From: Gracilinanus agilis
Lineage: Eukaryota
Assembly (NCBI RefSeq): GCF_016433145.1
Contig: NC_058130.1
Span: 735,156,692 to 735,220,691, forward strand
Length of the DNA: 64,000 bases
Direction: 5' to 3'
Every line of letters starts with the position of its first letter. Position 1 is the first letter of the stretch. This document shows positions 59,200 through 64,000 of this stretch, one piece after another. A program made the translations under genes and the position numbers. The notes beneath the pieces are model-generated. The model had not been told where the DNA came from, did not search any database, and saw only the letters and a program-made list of their open reading frames with translations.

Positions 59200-60900
59200 G
59201 AAGCTCATTAGACTGAAAAACAGTTCTCAAACTACTGAGCCCCCACCCCAGGTGGCCCTGCGGGCCCTCACAGCTGTGATTGGCCTCGCTTGGTTTACGG
59301 CACAGGGAAATCCCGGTTGGGGAGCCGGTGGAGAGGGGCTGCGCTCCGGGCTCCGGGCCCTGGGGTTCCTGGGCTTCCCTGGCAGGGCTCCCTTCCCCGG
59401 CCTACTTCGGCAGGTCAAGGCAGCCGTTTCCTCTCAATAATTAACCCAGGAATGTGTCCAGATTCTCCCGGTGTGGGGGAGCTCAGGCCGGCCGCCTGGA
59501 TCCCTCCTGTGCTCTGGGCTGGTCTGAACCAGACTCCTTCCCGGCGCAGTCTGCTCCGGGAGCCAGAAGAGCCCCTGCCAGCCCCTCCCCCACTTCCAGC
59601 GGGCTGAGTGACCTCGGGCAGATTACACAACCTTTCTGGGCCCGCTACAGTCTGGACTCCGTCCCTCCTCAGCTCTGGCTCTCCCCGCGCTCCGGGGACT
59701 TTCACTGGGGTAAAAATAATAGGATCCGAGACTTAAAAGCCGGAAGGGGCCTTAAAAGCCCACAAAGCATTGATTATCCCCTTCTGTGTGTAAGTGCTGG
59801 GGATGCCCAGTCTGAGCGTGGCAGCGTACAAGCTCATGTCCAAACGGGCCCCCGGGCATGATCCGCTCCCTCGCCCTCATTTTACAGAAGGGGTAATTCT
59901 TCACAAAAGACCAAGTTGGGGGGCAGCCGGGTGAGAAGCAGGAGGCCTGGAGTTCAAATGTGGCCTCAGACGCTTCCCGGCAGTGTGACCCTGGTCTAGT
60001 CCCTTCACCCCCATTGCCCAGCCCTTAGCGCTCTCCCGCCTGGGATCTGATTCTCGATTCTATGAAGGAAGATGGGGGTTTAAAAGAAAAGGACTAAGTT
60101 GGCTCTCAGCCGTTGGGGTAGCTTTGGAGCTCTGCCCCTTCCTTCATTCAACAAACATTTATCAGGCGCCTCCCTCTGGCTGGGACCTTGGGGAGCAGCC
60201 CACGGGGTACGGAGTACGGGCCGGCCTAGCCCTGGCAGGCTGCTTGGAGGAAGATGAGACTCGGGTCGGGATTGGCCGAGACTAGGAACCCCCAGTCCGG
60301 GCCAGGTGGCTGCTGCCGTGGCCCTCCTCAAGCCGGGGTTCTACTTCTCTGTCTCCGCTTCTCTCTCGCCCGGGGGAGGGGGTGGGTGGGGCTGGGAGGA
60401 GGCTGGGGGAGCAGCTGTGGGGCGGGTCCCGAGGCTAGCCCATCCCCCCACCTCTCCGTGGGCCGCTCCCTCTCCCCCGCGCCTGGGTAATCGCCGTTGT
60501 CATAGCAATGGTGGTGTTGCCAGGGCACCCGCCTCCCCGAGGGGGCCCCGGGATAAATCACTGATCAGCAGCTTCCCCGGGGATGGGCAGGCTCCGAGGC
60601 TGGGGGTTGGACGGTTGGGAGCTGACCTAATCAGGATGGACTATACGCCTGGCTGACCTGGAGGTGGGGCCGGGCCGGCTAGACCCTCCGGCTCCCGGGG
60701 CCCCTTGTCCCCGGCCCCAGGGCCCTACCTGCCCTCGAGGCCTGCCCTGCTCGGGGTCAGAGCTCAGCCTTTGGGCTTCCTCAGCTTCCCGCTTGCTCCT
60801 GCCGGGCCCCTAACTGGAGAAACGGCTCATCCCTCCAAAGGAGGGGCCGCTTGCCAGTCTGGTGAAGCCAGAACTGGTTGCTCCAGATCAGAGCAGCTCT
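59200..60900. promoter_or_regulatory. CpG-enriched regulatory-like region in PALM intron 1
   Basis: CpG-rich compared with flanks; contains CCAAT, kB and X-box-like motifs. Confidence 0.5.
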
Positions 60901-62308
60901 TCCCCAAAGAGCATCTTGGGAGCCCTGTACCTACTACACTCCTAAACTGGAGGAGTAACAGTAGACAATAATAATGATCAATAAATACTATTAACGAGTT
61001 ATAGTAAATAACGTTTAATGATAAATTATAATAGATAGATATTAAACAGTCACAAATAAACTCTCTGTAAGGTGATTAGCACAGCACCTGGCACATGATG
61101 GATGCCAGAAAAATGTTTCTTTTTTCCCCCTTCTCCATTAGAACATCATTTCCACCCATTCCTAGATAGGTAGGAGCCCTTGGGTAGATAATTGCTGCTC
61201 CAGGGTATCAGGGCTTATTCCCATTCTGACTCCTAACTTTTGGATTCCTACCATGAGGTCTCTGTTTTCCTTTCTGGGTAAGGGGCAGAAAATTTGGTTG
61301 ATGCTTGAACTGGGGAAGCCAGTCATCAGCCTCTAACGATGTCTGTCTCGGCCTTGTTGGGAGTATATGGGGAGATCTTTTTGTGTTCACTTAAGTTCAT
61401 CAGGGATGGACTTCTGATGTTTAAATAGGGAATTTTTTCCCAAGCTATTAATATTTTATTTTTTCTCCAGTTACTGAATAGAGACTTTTATTTGGAAATT
61501 GGAAGATGTCAAGATGCAGGAGATTAGAAGAGGGCAAGATTTATAGATTTCTGATGAGCAAGGCCTCAGATCTGGGGTTCATGGGATTTTAGGCTCATAG
61601 ATTTCAAGCAGGAAAAGAGACTTTAGGAAGTCACCAAACCTCCTCAAAGGCCCTAGCTTTGCTTCTGATTTGATACATGACTGGGCAAACCCCTTTTCCT
61701 CTGTACCTCAGTTTCTCAATTGCATTCCTTTGGTCTTTTGACAGCTTTGCCATCATATTTTAGGATTTCAAGAATGCTAACACCATGGTATCTGGACAGA
61801 AGGAAACCCAGGCTTAGCTTCTAAAGGCTTTGCCTCTTCTTAGCTCTGTACCTTTTCCTTTTCTGAGTCTGTCAGATGGAATGACAATCCTTGCAATATT
61901 CCCTATCCCACAGGACTGCTTGTTTGAGGGACAACTGGAAAGCAGGACAGCAATGGCAAAACTGGGGTCTTTGGTCTTCTAGCCTGGACCTTTCCAGATT
62001 TAGGGACTGCAGTGGAGCTAAAAGAAGGGCAGATGGCAAGGGCCAGGGCATCAGGGCCAAACCACTCATTTTACAGTGGAGGAAACTGAGACTCACAGAG
62101 AAGAGACTTATCCAAGGTCATCCCACCTCATCCCATCCCATTTAGAGCAGGGCCCAAAACTGTAAAATGAGGAGATTGGGTCAAATAACATCTAAGGTTC
62201 CTCTCTTCTAATTCCAAATAGATTATCCTGTGAAACCTAGGCTTTCTGATAGCCAGGCTTTTTGTTTTTGACCCCATGGCTTCTGACCTTAAATGCAACA
62301 TTAAAAAA

Positions 62309-62356
62309 GTGTGTGTGTGTGTGTGTGTGTGTGTGCACACACACACACACACACAC
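62309..62356. repeat. (GT)n-(CA)n abutting inverted microsatellite
   Basis: perfect palindrome centred on gtg|cac. Confidence 0.95.
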
Positions 62357-63232
62357 CCATGCTGAATAGAGAGTTCTCTTGTTCTAACCAAAGAAATGCT
62401 CCAATGCTTCAATTTCTCACCTCTGTCCACACCTGAGTCCTGGGAGGTACAGGTTTGGGGACAAATCTTCCCTGGAAGAGAAGCATTTGATAACCTCAGG
62501 GCCGGGTGTAATTTCAGCCTCAAGGGCACTGGGGCAGGGAGAGGTAGGGCGAGAGGGGGTGATCAGTTTTTCTGGGGGGTTGGAGGGGGCAGGAATCAGG
62601 TGGTGGGACAGTACTGGCTGGTTCTCTGCTGATCTGGGCCCTAGGATGGTCCATCTGCCCAGGATGGCCAGGGACTAGACACAACAAGAGGGGATTAGGG
62701 TCCCTGGCTCCTGACCAGAATCTTCTATCTCAACCACTCAGCATTTCCCCAGCTCATCAGAAAGTTGTTTCTGGGTGTGTGTTGCTGTTCTAAGCAGTCC
62801 TGGGCTTATTGGGGATTTCTGTTTGAGGATCTCAAAGCAGGGGTGACTTGGTTCTATCTTATTATGGAAAACAGAAGTCAGACTTGGCTTAAACCACTGG
62901 GAGTCCATATTTCTATCCTAGGGGCAAGAAGGCCCTTTTTTTGGAGGGGTGGGCTAGAAACTCCTGCCACAGCAATCTGGGACAGCTTCCTGGAGAAGGT
63001 AACATTTTAAGAGCCCAATTAAAGGGAGAGAGGAAGCAAGATGAAGGAGCTGAGAAGTTGGGTGACCTCAGGGGACCCTGGGAACATCTTGGCCTTGTTC
63101 AGACACCCTGGTCTGAAGGGAGGAGAGAAGACTCTTGCCCTTGGGGAGCCACCTCTTTGGGAAAGGGGCACAGGAGCCCACTCAAGCCTGTGTAGGTCTT
63201 CATGCTTTTTTTTGTTTGTTTCTTTTTGGCAG

Positions 63233-63281
63233 AGTTTCTGTGGAGACCACCTTCCAACAGGAAAGGCTTCAGGCCATTGCA
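63233..63281 (+). CDS. PALM: Paralemmin-1 exon 2 (E-VSVETTFQQERLQAIA); the gene continues beyond the window
   Basis: long T-rich acceptor, gtgagt donor, matches paralemmin motif ETTSQQERLQAIA. Confidence 0.9.
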
Positions 63282-64000
63282 GTGAGTACCTCCACTTCAT
63301 TCCCCCTAAATCCTGCAGGAGTTTTAGTGACACTGTAGTTTGAGGAAAGGGAGTTGTGTGTGTAGAAACAGAAAAAAAAAAAATTCTACTTGTGTGATTT
63401 TTAGTCTTTTAATTACCCTGGGCCTCACTTTCCTCATTTGTAAAATGGGTTTTGACTTTATGACCTCTGATGTCCCTTTAAGGTCTACATTTATGATCCC
63501 TTCCTCCTTTGACCTCTCTGGGCCTCAGTTTCCTCATCTGTAAAATGTTAGATCCTATGATCTCCTCGAGGCCAGCTTTGAGATGTGGTGATGAGTTTCT
63601 CTCCAGGTTTAGTCTTTAAGCTGATTCTTGGACAGCAGTTGCCATGGTCTGTTGTTCCTGGGCCCCTTCTCAAAGCTTTTCCAGCCTGGGACAACCTGGC
63701 AGAGCTCTGCAGTGGCAGAGACTTACGGAACCCAGGGTCACCTCTGCCTCATCATGACACATTGGCAGAGAACCCCAGGGGTGCAATGATACAGATAATT
63801 TGATATTTGTTATTAGAATATCTGTGGTTAAAGCTCATTAATAATAATGAATATTGTACTTATATACCTCTTTGCATTTGAGAAAATTTTCCCATTTAGT
63901 CCTCAAGACAGCAGGAAGCAGTATGCCATGGTGGATAGATGGCTAGCTTTGGGTTCAGGTTCTGTCTGTGGCATAATACAGACTGTGTGAGCCTGGTTCT

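Noticed and set aside
1640-60085. tRNA genes
   Set aside because: The A/B-box-like sequences (ggttcaaat) belong to tRNA-derived SINE heads; no cloverleaf gene was seen.
60634-60656. ATGGAC as an alternative PALM first coding exon
   Set aside because: There is an in-frame TGA after 6 codons and no phase-2 donor.

Overview
This is eukaryotic genomic DNA, most likely from a didelphid marsupial such as Monodelphis (inferred from abundant SINE1_Mdo-like and MAR1-like SINEs). It is syntenic with the human 19p13.3 block FSTL3-PRSS57-PALM. By hand-splicing GT-AG exons I recover: a complete 5-exon FSTL3 (+, 249 aa); a complete 5-exon PRSS57/NSP4 (-, 259 aa); a second complete 5-exon PRSS57-family serine protease gene (-, 260 aa, about 49% identical to PRSS57 over the mature domain by hand count), which to my knowledge has no counterpart between PRSS57 and PALM in human; and the CpG-island promoter plus coding exons 1-2 of PALM (+). 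The second protease is the main finding. It has an intact catalytic triad, TATA-like box, Kozak ATG and polyA signal, and a different S1 pocket from PRSS57. The rest is TE-rich intronic and intergenic DNA (SINEs, L1/L2 fragments, solo LTRs, hAT and Tigger DNA transposons), simple repeats and six N gaps. Nearly all ORFs in the supplied track are spurious. All comparisons with human proteins are from memory and need database confirmation. Repeat boundaries are approximate unless a TSD is quoted.
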